Below are positions 36,241-51,135 of a stretch of 64,000 nt of DNA, piece by piece. A model generated the notes under the pieces. The model was given only the letters and a program-made list of their open reading frames with translations. It was not told the DNA's origin and did no database searches. The stretch's first letter is position 1. Every line of letters starts with the position of its first letter. Position numbers and translations under genes: made by a program. This stretch comes from Azolla caroliniana. Taxonomy: Eukaryota > Plantae > Polypodiophyta. The stretch lies in assembly GCA_043228905.1 (NCBI GenBank), contig JBHGNT010000006.1:6386001-6450000 (forward strand), written 5' to 3'.

Positions 36241-38874
36241 TATTTTTGGTAATGATATTACCCTTATTATATCATGTACCTTTTATTTTACTTTTATCAA
36301 GAAACGTTTTCGTTTCAGTTTGCAAGTTAGTGAAATGATTTTGTGATCTATTATCTAAAGGTAAAGGCATTGCATATTATACAATAATAATGTTCCATTT
36401 TTTACGGGGGAATAGTTTGCAATACAATATTACATTACAATGCTTCACATGTGAAGTTTTCTTTATTACCGATGCAACGAATATAAGAATCATTGGCATG
36501 ACAAGCAATATGCTTGATGCAATCATTATGTGACGCAATTTGCAATAACTTTTTAAGGTTCATATGATCAACAATCTAGATACTTTAAATTGGAGTTCTT
36601 TGTTAGATTTAAATTCTTGTTTGGCTAGGCAAGAGGTGACCAAAATCTCAATTGTTGAGAATAGACACAATACATATACAAATGTAATAAATGTAATTAG
36701 CATTGCTTGGTAGAAGACATGACATTGTATGATGATAACATGAACAACAATAAATTGAAAGAAAAATATTCAAAGCATATATACAACTATTTACATTATG
36801 TGTGTGTGTGTGTGTGTGTGTGTGACTCACAAGAGAGAGAAAGACAGACTACGAGATACCTTAACTCGTCAAAGTTTTGTCAATGTTGAAATCCTAACAT
36901 GGTTACAATGAGGTCTCTATAAAGGAAGGGATTAAAATATTTGACTAATAGTATGGTATTAGTATACATGAATGGGATCTCCTTTGCAATAGGAAACATA
37001 GTATTGGTTCCATTTGCTATGTCAATATTCATCACCTATGAGTCAAATGATCAATTTAGTGGAAGAAAGTAGTCCACTACATTACAAACTAGTATAGAAG
37101 TATCCTAAATTCATAGCTAATGCGAAATGTGTTGTAATAATGGGTTTGGTAATTTCATTCATTCAAAAGGATGCGAATAAATCCTTAGTTGGCTTTGAGG
37201 AAGTTTAAAGCTCAAGATAGATAACAACTAAAGTAACTAGGTTTTAAAAGTTTATTGACTAAAAGTTGACAAGGTCGTTCTTTGTGATTGTTTTAAACCA
37301 ATAATTAAACACGACAGTATGTGCAGAGGAGCACAAGGTCATGCACCAATTCCTATTTGCAAACGTAACAATAAAGTAATATATAGAAGCTGAGAGAGAG
37401 GAAATTTTGGAAGAAAACAATGAAATAACAAATAGCTTGAATATTAGTGACAATATTACTAGGTTTTTTTTGTGGGGGGGAGGAGAGGGGAGGGTGGGCT
37501 CTACCCAACCACCAATAAACGGTGTAGTAAATTAAGTTGGTGAAAGTTCACATATATAGCAACATCATTATGGACAAACAAAATAGGAGAGAGCATTGGG
37601 CATTTGTTTTTTCTTTCTTTTCATGTATTCCAATCTCTATAATGATTTCTTGGATTTGGTTTCTAGTGACTTCCACCATTTGACTTTACTAATAGTTTGT
37701 CCTCAATTTCTATGTAATGATTTAATGTCATTCTTGAACTTCCTTCTCCCACATGAGCATGACATAAATACAATGTAGCATACTGCGAGTAGGAGGACTT
37801 TATGCTTTTTGCCTCATTTTTTCTTACCGCAATTAATTTACCCATATGGTAAGTTGTTGGAGGCTACCTTGGGTTCAAGATTCGAATTTCACACCTCGTA
37901 TTTACTACACTATACATAGATTTTATGAGATGCCCATGTGGAATGTTGGATTGAATGCCTGCCATTCTAGGCACGGGCCGAACAACCTTATGAATTTAGT
38001 CACAACCATCTCAACTCTTTTCTCTCTCTCTCTCTTTCTACATCTCTTAAAAGGGTCGTCCATCACGAAGAACAATCATCATCGATGGATCTAATCATGC
38101 AAGTCTTCATCATCTCCTTCGGTGTTACCAGTCATGAGTCATCCGAACTTTCCTAGCTTGTTCTCAACTTTAATGGCTCTCTCTCTCTCTCTCTCCATAC
38201 ATGACTTCAGAAAGAAGCATATGTATGACATAAGAATGAGGTGCTTTGGTCGAAGGATCGAATCCTACTTTTAGTACTAACAATCCACACATATGTATAT
38301 GTATTTAACCAAAATCAAGTGTTTGTGTGTAATATGTACCTGTATATAAATAAATAGTAAATACAATGGAAAACATAATGTTCTCATTCTTCATTTCGTT
38401 CGTATATGCTTCCTGTATTCGCTAAAATTTAGCAGAGTGGCGTGCTCTGTTCCCCTCCCCTGTGTATATACCCTGTCTCCGCGGATTCTGCCTCCTTCCC
38501 TTCTGTTTTCATCGAAAGATCTCTCCCAGGTATGCTTTTGAAACAACTCTGGATCTGCACACTTCCTTCCACATCTCTTGTTTTGTTGCCCCCCAAGGTG
38601 TGCATGCCATTCTCCAAGATCTGTGTCTCACTAATCACTCAGAATGTGTTCTTAGTCACATGATTCAAATTTCTCTTATCTAGGTGGACTATGTTAGGAC
38701 GGTGCTTGATGTTCTTCAACATTTATAGGTTATTGCAACTGATGAAGATTCGTTTTCTTTCTCAAGTTTTAGGTTTTTTTCCTGTACAAAAGATTTTTTT
38801 CAGTTCTCTAACGTTCTAGGATGGATTTTTCTGTGTATGTTTGAGGCGCAGGTTTTTCTATTTTCGTGCCATTC

Positions 38875-41715
38875 ATGGCATCCGGTCCAGGTCAAGTCGA
38901 GTTCGATCATTTGTTCAAGTTGCTCTTGATTGGTGATTCTGGTGTTGGCAAAAGTAGCCTTTTGTTGCGATTCACAGCAGATACATTCGATGATCTGTCT
39001 CCTACAATTGGTGAGTTTCATCTTTATTTTTTGATCCACATGGTTGTTCGTAATTCATTTGGTTCCTCCTGACTGGAAATATGTTCCTATACATTTCTGC
39101 CCATGTAGGCGTTGATTTTAAGTTGAAGCTCATGTCATTGAAAGGGAAAAAGTTGAAGTTGACGATTTGGGATACAGGTATGTACCATTTTATTTCTGTT
39201 ATTAGTTTTCTGGTCTGTATTTTATATTTAATGTTGTGTTTTGCGTTGATGGCAATGTTTTTATGTTTTCATCCTGCTATCAATTCAAAACTTATTGTTT
39301 TGTTGGTTTCTCCATTTGGTTTAAAAGACACTAATAGAAATAAATACACTTTTTCCTCATTACACGATATGACAGTGAAGATTGATTGTCTTCAATTGTG
39401 CACTTAAATGATTAATCAGACTCTTGATGTTTAGATGTGATTTTTGTATATTCAATTCCCAGTTTGACCTTAAGATTGACTGCTTGTTATTCAAAAGATT
39501 GATAACTTATGAAGATTTTCTTTTGCTGCTTGCAAGCTATAAATATCATTGAAATATATGATGCTGGTTTTTCTCTTTGCAAAAAAGACAAAATAAGAAA
39601 GCTCTGAGTAGATTCCATTTTCATCTATCATAATAGCTTAATATCCTTGTTTATAGTTTCGGTTTCTTTTTCTTATCATTAAAAAGAAATATTTGGGGAA
39701 ACATTTGAGCTTACGTTTTCCTCTATGATATTACTACAACCTCTCTATTCACAGTTTTGATTAATGACATATATCAATTTACAGATTGCAGCCTATGCGA
39801 TACATGATAGGAAATACAAATACCCACGTACACTAGCTATAATAGATGAGTTGTAATACATATGTGTCTGTCTTTGCATATTTTGACAATTATTTTCTAT
39901 GAGAATATTGCCCAATTTGTTGGAATGTCACACCCACAAGCACTGATCAGATGATTGATAGCTATCACGACTCACATTCTTCACTGTGTGGATGTGGTAA
40001 TAGTACTTGAATGCAGAGAATGCTACGTACCAATATAGGACAGACATAAACTAAATAAATATCTAAAAGTATAGAGTCTGGATGTACCTGAATGTACTTT
40101 TTTCTGTAATTAAAACATTAGTCATGAAAATGTGATACGTGGTATTACACAATATGCAGCAATGTACAACGGTAGTGCTCACATGTCTATTTAGATGTAG
40201 CGTATGAAACAGAAGATGGAGACATGCTACACAGAGGAATAGACTGGCAAAACAATGTATATCCGTAGGTGGAAAACCACAACAGCGTGCTTCCACCTGG
40301 TGGTGACAACTACGATGATTAATCTAAATGCTCGTACTTGATAAAAACTCATTGTTATAGAAATTCTGTTTCGTTTGGTTCAAGCAACTTGAAAACTAGG
40401 AAGGATGTACTGTGTGAGAAATACAAATTATTCACCTTCACTAAAATAAATAAAAAACCACTTGATGTGAAAATTTTCACTATTGCTGCTCATAATGTGA
40501 GAGAGGTTTTCTTTTGATGTGTAAATTTGTGCAAAAATTCAAATATGCAGAAGAAAAAAAAAAAAAAATACAAACCAAAAAATGCTAGAAATTTTCGTAG
40601 TGTTATTTTATTTGAAATGCGTGTTTTCTCATTGCAGCTGGACAAGAGCGGTTCCGTACACTAACCAGCTCATATTATAGAGGCGCCCAAGGCATTATCC
40701 TTGGTAACTCCCGTGCACATTTTTTATCTTAACTGCTGCGGTTTGAGATTTTGAATGCTGTGTTAAAACATTACAATATTATTGTTTTGTAGTATTAAAA
40801 CATAGTGACAATAATCTGTATTCTATACCATTAAACTTTACACAATCCTTGATGCAAAACAAGTAATTATTAATAATCAGATTAACTCTAAATCAATAGA
40901 AACTTTACCATGGACAAATCAGATTTTGCCTTTAAGTATAGCAAAAGAAATCAGTCCCTAAAAGGAAGAAAATATCCATTATACATACTAACTAAAACTT
41001 GAAGCAATTTTTTGTCCTTGGAGAGATTTCATTGAGCAGAATGATCACTTGCATACACCTTGAATATTTGATTGCTATTCCCCACTAAAATCTGTTTTGC
41101 ACATATTTTATTCTCATTAAGAAAAACATGGATGTTTTGTGTTTTCATTGCTTATTCCTTAATCTTATTGTTCTTGTGTTTCATGCCAGTGTATGATGTG
41201 ACACGGAGAGACACATTCTCAAATCTGTCAGATATTTGGTTGAAAGAAGTTGATCTTTACTCTACTAACCAAGATTGCATTAAAATGCTTGTTGGCAATA
41301 AAGTTGATAAGGTGAACATGATTAAGATTACATGAGGTATACTGATAAATACAGGACTTAAACTTTGTGTTTATTAAGAGAATGAGGTCTTATGCAGGAC
41401 TCGGAACGTGTTGTTTCTAAGCAGGAGGGTATTGCATTTGCAAGGCAGTATGGGTGTTTGTTCCTTGAATGTAGTGCTAAAACTCGGCTTAATGTTGAAC
41501 ATTGTTTCGAGGAGCTTGTTTTGAAGGTCAGTCAGTGAAACATAAATATTTGTGTATGTTCTAAACGGTGTCCCTTGACCCTAATGTCTAACTAACTGAC
41601 ATTTTAGATATTGGATACACCGAGTTTGTTGAAAGATGCTAGTGCAGCAAAGAAGAGCATTTTAACACCTGGACAGCCAGGTGGTGCTGGTGCAGCCAGT
41701 AGCACATGCTGCTAG
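38875..41715 (+). CDS. RABC1: Rab GTPase RABC (Rab18 homologue), 209 aa, 6 coding exons
   Basis: Exons 38875-39010, 39109-39177, 40638-40703, 41190-41311, 41398-41526, 41608-41715 (all GT-AG, 630 nt). [48 protein letters not shown]; C-terminal CC prenylation motif. Subfamily is clear; the paralogue number is tentative. Confidence 0.95.
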
Positions 41716-42290
41716 TTATAACTTATATTTTAAGCTGTTCTTTACTTATGAATCTGAATGTTCAGATAAAGTTCATCACTTTGTAATTCTTTTTGTCTAT
41801 GGGGAGTGGCAACATATCCTCCAAAAAGCTGACTTCATGATACAATTCATGATCATAACATAAAAAACATGCTGTAATTAAGAAGTCTGGAATCATTTGG
41901 TTACATGAGTGAAAGTTATAGCAATTTCCAATTTATAGTAACAATAGTTAGGATACACATTTGTGATAAAGAACTGCAATTGTAGTATGTTAAAACTATA
42001 ATATGCAAGTGCTGTGTCTTCGTGAACAATCAGGAACCAGTAATGTGTCACCATATGCAAGTGCTTATTTATCTTTAGCCTATGCTTCTTATGTCCTAAT
42101 GTTCATGATCGATAACTATATTTTATAATTGCCATGTTACCATGTACAGTGCAATTATAACATGTTACCATATGGGTACATGTTCTTTATCTGGAGGCTA
42201 TGATCCATGTACAGCTTCTTCTTTGGCCTAATGCTCATTCGTGATCAAACAACTTCAAGTGTAGAATGTTGAAACTATGTTATGCAATGT

Positions 42291-42787
42291 CTTCTTGAAC
42301 ATATCAGGAACCAGTAATGTATCAAACATGTGCAAGCACTTGTTTATCTTAAGGCTATATTCCTAATGTCAGGAACCAGTAATGTATGCATTTGCCATCT
42401 CTCTTGGGTGCTGCCTTCTTGAACATATCAGGAACCAGTAATGTATCAACATGTGCAAGCACTTGTTTATCTTAAGGCTATATTCCTAATGTCAGGAACC
42501 AGTAATGTATACATTTGCCATCTCTCTTGGGTGCTGCCTTCTTGAACATATCAGGAACCAGTAATGTATCAACATGTGCAAGCACTTGTTTATCTTAAGG
42601 TTATATTCCTAATGTCATAATGAATGTATGCATGCATTTGCCCATCTCTCTTGGGTGCTGCCTTCTTGAACATATCAGGAACCAGTAATGTATCAACATG
42701 TGCAAGTACTTGTTTGTGTCAAGGCTATATTCCTAATGTCGTAATGATTGTATGCATGCATTTGCCCATCTCTCTTGGGTGCTGCCT
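42291..42787. repeat. ~123-bp tandem array (4 units) plus a diverged unit at ~42017-42100
   Basis: Units start CTTCTTGAACATATCAGGAACCAGTAATGTATC at 42291, 42415, 42538, 42662. Confidence 0.92.
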
Positions 42788-44719
42788 ATAGTAGTGCTCT
42801 CTTAGAAGGGCAGCTATACCACTTAGCAGGATGAGGGTGTCAATCTCATTCTTTTTAATGGCAATAGTTTAAAAGCAAGGCCGCAGTTTATGTTTAGAAT
42901 CGGAAAATCAATGTCTCTACTAACATTTATATACATTACTGTTGTAGGTGGTTAATGGTATAAATATAGTATCAAAATATTCCAGGTCTATGAATTGCAT
43001 ATAGTTATGAGTCATGACGAGTGCTTGAATTTCAATGAAGGTATTTGCTAAATTATTATATTTATTAAATTCCCAGCGAGTTGAAAGATAGTACTTATTA
43101 ATCATGTACTATTGAGTGTTGTAATATATTCAAAGGGATGTATATATATATTGAGTGTCTCGCATATCTAGTTTCACTCAAAGTTGCACCTTGTCTTACA
43201 CAGACATGAAAAACAACTTATTAAACATAACGTAAATATGTTTTTATAATGTCATTAGGGTTGCAATGGATTTCAAAGGAATCTAACCCTGAACAATATC
43301 TTATTGTACTCCAAAATGCCATCAGCCTCCCATCAATTGTTCCAATCATTTTGCCCATCAGTCATGTATAATGGGTCCACATCAATATGCCATGAAAAGT
43401 GTAGAAAAGTGGGGTGAGTGTAGAAAGGATTGGTGAAATTGAGAATTTTGTCGGACTCATACTTCCATTGTTCATATTAAGAAACATTTGGAAAACAGAG
43501 AATGATGCAAGACGATCACAAGGTTGAAGTTGCATTGATAGAATTGCTCTAAAACTGTATTTCAAAAACGTACATTGTCATATATGGAACAGTTCCCAAC
43601 AGTTATGACATTTCTGTTTTTTTTCAGACATTTTCATTAGAAAAAATTTAGCGCCAACCAAACCCATTACAACTACTAAAGCAAACCACCTATGAGAAAC
43701 TCCATTGCTGTTAATGTTGAGAAAAGCCCAAACATTTCCAAACCACGCAAAATTCTAGGAAGCCTAACATAACAGACAATGTGTTTAGGATTGCAAACTA
43801 ACAATGGCACTTAAGTGGATATTCACATAGAGTACATTGGATTGAAAGGCACCAGCAGAATAATTTCATTTAACATACATTACAATACAGATGAGATGAG
43901 CACTTCAGCCTCTTTTACAAAATCATGATAAGCAGGTACAAATGCCAAGATCATAAAAACAATAAATTATTCATGGTCTTCACTAATAAGATCTATAAAT
44001 GAGTTGCACAAGAGATTTCTGCCAAGATCATAACAATTTAATACCATAAATTACCCATGGTCTTCCTTAATAAGGCCTATCAAATGAGTTACGCATAATA
44101 ACTTTTCCATTCACCACCTCACAAACAAAATAATCTAATGAAATCAATTACGGATCATTAACAAAACAACAATGAGCACAATTGCAGAAACACATGCAGA
44201 GGGCGTTGACTCCTTAAATCTGTAGTTGGACAAAGAAACAAACAATCTCATACTAGACAACATTATATAGCATACAATTGTTCACCATCCAATTGGATAA
44301 AATACACATAAATAAGTCTGACGTTCAAGATAAACAAAATTTCATGAAACATTTCAAGAGTGTCTATTAGCAACACAATCAAGATACTTAATGAAAAGCT
44401 GCAAATTAAACCCTCCAGTTATAAGTAGCAAATAACAAACATGAACTCAGGGCAAAAACATACGTTACACACCCCACCTGATCAAAAGAAAAAGTACTCA
44501 TTACCGTCTGTCAAAATTGGGACAATCATAAAATGCTTTCTCTGGAAAAAGCATGTACAAAGTCTTACAAAGTAACAAATTCCATAGAGTGTCTACGCAT
44601 CAAAGCTAATGGTAGACTCATATTCTTAATCCCCAAACGTCTGTTACTTTTTGTAAAATGGATCCAAAAGTCCAACAATGAAATTAATTCCATTGATTAC
44701 TAATGGTGAAGAAAGATTT

Positions 44720-45323
44720 CTACTCATCGCCACCAGACTCGGATCCTGCAGCACCAGTCTTATTGTGCTTCTTAGCGTACCTCTGATTTCTCAGAAACTT
44801 GGGATCCATCTGCCAAAAATTACACATTCATCAGAGACGAGATGTAGAAGCGATAAGAAACAAAATTACTATAAAAGACAGCAATTGCTCATAAACCAGA
44901 TGAAAACATTGGTCAAAGCAAATGAGACATGTAAAATACAGGAATTGACCAAAACAAAAGACATTTACAGCACAGAGTGCAAAACAAAGATGGAAATAAA
45001 GAAAGTTTCTCCAGAAACACACTAAAACAGGCCGAAAAGTAGAAAACAAAAACCCGAACACAAAAAAAAAACAATGGAAATCTAAAGAGAACAAACGAAA
45101 GCAAAAAACGAGACATAGAAACATATGGACGAATTCAGACAAAACCAGGATTAAGTAGCAGGAAATGGAAAGGCGCGGGAGAAAAACGAGGTGCAGAATC
45201 GAGTAAAGATGGTAATCTTACCCCCTTGGTGGAGGTATACTTGGTCTTCTTGACCTTCTTTATGCCGTTCCTGTGAGCTTTGTATGACTGGTTGTGGGCC
45301 GTGTGATTCTTCGACTTCGCCAT
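44720..45323 (-). CDS. RPL29: 60S ribosomal protein L29 (eL29), 63 aa, 2 exons
   Basis: Exon 1 45323-45222 [34 protein letters not shown]; exon 2 44809-44720 [29 protein letters not shown]; GT-AG intron. Confidence 0.97.
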
Positions 45324-45388
45324 GTCGCTGTGAAGGGGAGAAGATGGCAGAAGACTACAGACAGGAGGAGGAGGCTAAGGGAACGCTA

Positions 45389-45494
45389 AAACCCTAATTT
45401 CCTTTCTCTCACTGAGGTTGGGTTCACACTTGTCCAACTACTACACCATGACAGCCAACTCCAAGGAAATGGGGCCAAGGGTGGGCACTGGGCC
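45389..45494. promoter_or_regulatory. Telo-box plus site II (TCP) module of the RPL29 promoter
   Basis: AAACCCTAA at 45389-45397 and TGGGCC at 45489-45494 upstream of the RPL29 ATG; established combination for plant ribosomal-protein genes. Confidence 0.7.
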
Positions 45495-48288
45495 TCTCGC
45501 TTGCTATGTGCTTACTCTTAAGACTCAGATTTTCCGTAGGTTCAACTCCGATGGATGGATGGATGAATGGATGGGCATTGAGATGGAAAGTATGCTTCCA
45601 CATGCGAAAAGGCCGACTTGCTTGCGTGCAAAAACCCACAAACAAAATTAGGACCATCTACTAGCCCGCGATCTTTTGTATGTGCATCACCTTAACATTT
45701 GAGAGCTAGCCTATATGTATTAAGATTGAATGAGATCTCATGCATCGTTTTACGATTTGGCAACTCTCCTAAACCTTGGTTGAACTTCCAGAACACACAA
45801 AATTTTGGCTGTGTAGAACATGGTAATATTATAGCTTGATACAATGTTGTGACAATTGTATGAGTCGTAAGTGGGGAAGGTTGGTGGATCACACATATCC
45901 ATGCATACTAGAGCTAGTTAATGTTCAATGTATGCATGAAAAAAATCGTCCATCACATAACTAATGGTTGAATAGGAAGTCTATATATGGAGCTAGAAAG
46001 TTTGGCCAATGCATTACAATGGCGGTCTACTAAGGTCTTATGGTGACACATTAGTTGACAAGCCTTGTTGCCATATTAGTTGTTAGAATTATTGGTTATA
46101 TTTCACTTTGCATAGGAATTAACCCTCGTTGGGTAGCAATGGTCAATGGACTTGTAATGTGCAATGACCTTTTCAAGTTTCCAGCTTGTATAGTTGGACA
46201 TGAGAATCATTTCAAAAGGGAGCTTTTGATATTCAAACGAATAGCTATTTTATGCTCTCCCATTGGTCTCCCTTACCTCCACGTTCCATGTCCATTCTAA
46301 TAAATTGAGATATCTGTGTCCTTTGATTAATAATCTATCTAATGCAAACATCAATCTTTCCTGATTAATTTGGTGTTAGTTTGTAAAGAGAATTGAGTAT
46401 TATGTGCAATGGAATAGATTAAGTAAAGACATGTTCTGTATCATATGTTCGTTGTGTGACAAGAATGATCAGTTAGCCAAAATGAGAGAGAATTATATAC
46501 ACTAAAAGCATAAACAACGTTAAATCAAGATGGGAGAACAATCCAATTAAGTTGCACATAACACTTACACTAAAGCAATGAACACTCTATAGTATATATC
46601 AAAGAGGGGGCTTACTTTATATGGAACTTCTATAGATTTACACATATAAGTCAAGAGGAATCTAGTAATAAATAGAAGAGCAAATGGAATATCTAAGGTG
46701 TCTACTTCATTCAATGCAAAGGCATCTCCCATTGGCAAAGTCTATGGTGGCCTTTAATAGATGCACATTCGCAAGGAGTGTGTGGTTGAACTTAATATAT
46801 GAGCATGACCTTTCAAACTCAAATCTGTTGGATGACAAGCTTAGTTTTTCTTTTACTCCCCTTCAAACTTAGTGGATCTACAAAACATAGGCCAAGACCC
46901 TCGAAAAAATTATCCAAGCTTGTGTACTCCGAGCGCTTGGGTAAAATATTTATCATTTGCTGATTAGTTTGGATATATCAGAGATCTATGTCTTCGATCA
47001 TGATCTGCTCTCAAATGTAGAGGTAATCCACCTTAATGTGCCTTCATTTGCACATAGAACAAGTTTTTTGTGCCAATTGCATGCCATTAAGGTTGTCTAT
47101 CATATGCATCCAACAACCATGAGCTTTGCGTAATAAAAGAGGAAAAAATATATGAGCCTTGTGGCCATCGTAATGTGAAAAGGCCTTAATTGTTGTGTAT
47201 GACTAAAGTCATTTTTGTGCCTTTTGATATTTCTACTTTCTTCACTTTCTCATCACTTAAATTAGAGTCTTCATTCTCTTTCTCTGATTAATTTCTAATG
47301 CTACCCCAATGATATTGGCTTAGGGCTTAAGTATCTATATTAAGTTCTTAAGCACTTGTATTAGGATTGATTATAACTAAACAAAACACGATGTTTACCC
47401 CTTTGTGATTTTCATTGCAATTATTTTATTCAGTGTTAATAAGTTAAGCTTATTGGGTAACTAAATTTGATACTTAAATATGACTATTAAGAGTCTATTA
47501 CTAATCAATAGACTGAAATAAAGTAAAATAGGGTAAACAAATTGCATAGAAGGACTCGTTGCACCCGACTACCCCCGAGCTATGATCAAGACATAGCCAA
47601 CCTAACACCAATGTCCCATACCAATGGATATTAGGATGACTAATACCTTGGAAGAGATAACACGATTATCGCGACGAAAGCCTAGCCTACACCACCAATG
47701 TCTTAAGATGGCAACCTTCCGACAGAATGTGTCTTATGGGGGTAGTTGTGCCTCATATTGATACCTCTTCCTAGGTCCCTTGAATGGATGTGCCTTTTTA
47801 AAAGACTCTCCATTCATTGGTCATCAAGATCTGGATAATGTGTGGACATATCATTCCTTCTATCCAATCACATTAGTCCCTTTCTAACATTAGTTAACAT
47901 ACCCCTCACTTATGTAAATATTAGTGACCTACCCTCGTATACGTTATGTGTGCATAACCATAGATCAATGATTAGTTCATTGGTAGTAATTAACACCTCG
48001 CTACTGGCTAAGAAACGATAGACACCCATCCCAAACGAATGATGAGCATAAGGGAGTTCCAAATTTGAATAATCAAAATGCCCATTTTGCAAAGAGATTT
48101 AAAATGCGAAGGCAAGCCCTCAACGCTTGACGACAACTCATAATGCAAGCAAGAAAGAGACATTGATGACGATGACCTAGCTTTGAATTTAGAGCACCAA
48201 AATGTGCCTTTTACAGTGAGGGCCCTCGCACTTCTCCACAAGTTACAAATCTTAAAGGTTCCCTTTTTCATTGCAACACAATTGCCAT

Positions 48289-48553
48289 TAGGAATCGGCA
48301 ATGACTTGGCTCAAGCATGAACCGAACTGTTAAACCATTTTAAAACAATTTGGTTCGGTTCGGTTCGGTTTGGGATGACTCATGCCAAACCGGTTAAGGC
48401 TTAATCGACTTGGCTAAACCAATTCTGAAACCCATTTAGGCTTAACCGGTTTGGTTCAAGTTTGGAAACTCCCAAACCAGCTAAGGCTTAATCGGTTTTG
48501 GTTCGGACAAGGCCAAACCAGTCAAGCCGAAACCAAATCATTGTCGATTCCTA
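48289..48553. mobile_element. Non-autonomous hAT-type MITE, 265 bp
   Basis: TIRs TAGGAATCGGCAATGA / TCATTGTCGATTCCTA (15/16); 8-bp TSD ATTGCCAT (48281-48288) / ATTGCCAC (48554-48561); internal AACCG/CGGTT repeats. Confidence 0.9.
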
Positions 48554-49599
48554 ATTGCCACCTATTATAATTATTAATAAAGTGTAGTTCTCACAAAAGG
48601 TACAACATAAGCATGTTTCTTGTATAGAAGGGCAATTTAGAGTTTAGAGTAAGCAATATACCATAAAATGATGTTTCTATTATATTTTGAAATTAGGACT
48701 ATATCCCCATATTCTAGATTGAGAATAATGATGTTAATGGGGATAATATAACAAAAGTAGATATTTGCATTAAATATGTCATTGTTTGCAATCACACATA
48801 TTGGGGATACTTGCAATTTGATAAAGGACAATAATTTATTCTCGTTGTATATAATGTCATAGAGATTCACAAATAATGATAAACTTATTATGGATTTGCT
48901 AGCTCATTGACATGAACTTTTATTCATCAACTCCAGGGGCAATCTTAGACCTAGATTTTAAAATACAATTCAGAAAATCCTTTTGGTAAAAATATCGAAG
49001 GCAATTTAGTTGCAATGAGTTTTAATCACATTTATATGGCTTGATCAAAGAATGGCTAATTCTAGATAGCAAGATTACAAAACCCCAATAGATGCACACT
49101 CAAGTATTGATGTTGAGATAACACGAATCCATCTAAAAGTGATTGTTTTGTAATGTCATTAGCAAACGAGCTACGCATGTAAAAACTCCGGTGTCATACT
49201 TGGATCGAGCACTAGGGGAAAGTTATACTACATCATAATCGAAGAAAACATCACATGGTAAAATCTAACTCCACACTTCTTCTTCTTTTTCTAGAAAAAC
49301 TCCACACTTCTTCATGTCTCTCAAAATATAAGATATATAAATATACATCACACCCAATTCGATGGATGAATGGTTACATCAACCCTTGGTTTAGAATCCT
49401 TTATTTCTAGATGTTGAAGGATCTATGTTGGGGAGGAGAGTAAGACAAAATTGGGCTCAAGTGGATTCATCTTTTGCCTCATCACTTAGTAATTGGCAAT
49501 AGTTTGTTCACAAACCTACTCATATTATTCAACAAGAGTAAAGAGGAATTAAAGGAGGAAATGTGATAGTTAATGAGTTAAGGATTTACCCTTTTAAGA

Positions 49600-51135
49600 T
49601 AATATACTTTCTAATTGTCATAAGTGGGTGTGATTATTTCCAAATTTTCAGGTTTTATTTGGAGTCTGTGGCCTTAGAGATGATGGTACTTTCTTAAGTT
49701 ATGATGTTCTACAGGATGGATGATTAGGGATGATTCCCTGGGAACATGAATATTTGGCTAAGGCTATATTAAAACCTATTAGAATTCTAGCTAAGGTAGA
49801 TAAAGTTTGGGTCCTTGACCCTAATCCTAATGATGTTCATCCATGGTGGGATCTATGGGTAGTGGGGAAAAAACCATTATGTCAATTGGAATGGGACCCA
49901 TGAGAATGGAAGTGGCTACTTACATCATATTCTGGGGAGGATGTTAGGCCAATTCGGTTTTTTCATTATTCCCTTCGATTGGGAAGGGCAATGATAAGAC
50001 GTAGGGTAACCCCATTGGCTGACGTCAACTACAACATGCTTGACTTATAATACATGACAACATTTTGGAAATGGCTATGGGCTATGCAAAATCCAAAGAA
50101 GATTATTCTATTTAGATGGTTGATTGTTCATTATGCGGTTCTTGTTAGAGTTTGGATGTATTGTAAATAAGTGGATAAAATGTGTGATTTTTGGGTTAGA
50201 AGTGGGGTCACTTCATCACCTATTCTAGTCATGTATGGCTGCCAAATTGGTTTGGAAAAGATTTTTACATCTCTTGCATGAGGTTTATGGCTCTAGAGTA
50301 TATAAATGGGGGGCAATGATGTGGGTTGATATTAAGGGTGAGGTACAAGATTATTAAAAAGAAAAGGTTAACTTTGCATTATATACAAGAGGTTAATATG
50401 TTGAGGAAGTGTCACCATGTATGCCTATTAATTTAGTCCAGAATGGAGTGGTTTGGGTGACGATTAGTTCAATAACCATATGGGTTTTGTGGACTAGTAG
50501 ATGTCGAAGGATATTTTAGCAAATTCAATGGAATGTGGTGGATGTAATTAAGGAGATTTGGGTGACCTTGGTGCATACACTAAAAGGAGAATATGATGCT
50601 ATCAAAGGTGATTCAGATGTAGTCTTTCGAAAGCAAGAGGTTTTTAAGAAGAGATGGGAAAGGATGAAGGTATTCTGCATGGTTAATGGTGGTATACGTT
50701 GGAGGTATCAGCCACCACTCTAGGTATTTCCTCCACCGACATGAGGCATGTGCCCATGTATAACTGTTATTACTAATGCTTTGGGACATACATATGTTTA
50801 TAACAGTCCAAGAGCAATTGAAAGGGACCATGGCTTCCGATAGAGAGGTAACCTTTCATATCGAGTGCATCTACATAAACACGCATGGCAGGCCATGCAA
50901 GCATTGGGAATCGGTTTTTGGTTAACTGATGGAGAAGTTAGCTAGAGTGTAATACTTGTCTAAAAAGGATCCCAAGAATTGTGTAATGCTATAGCTTGCT
51001 TTACAGCACAAGAATGTTTTAATGAGTCTTTTTAAGCTGAACAGAGATGAGAAGGATAAAGTTTTGTATGTATTTCTAACTCGGGATTTTGAGGAGTAGA
51101 AAAAACAAGTTGCATTAAAATGCATATATATATTT
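49600..51135 (+). mobile_element. Decayed LINE 3' portion (ORF2 C-terminus with zf-RVT-like region)
   Basis: Collinear with the copy at 51.8-53.1 kb: WVLDPNPNDV, EWDP*EWKW, FWKWLWAMQNPKKIILFRWL, EIWVTLVHTLKGEYDAI, IRWRYQPPL*VFPPP; many stops; short (AT)n at ~51124-51135. Boundaries approximate. Confidence 0.8.

Noticed and set aside
42291-42787. Regularly spaced repeats resembling a CRISPR array
   Set aside because: The intervening sequences are themselves repeated (no unique spacers), there are no cas genes, and the context is eukaryotic.
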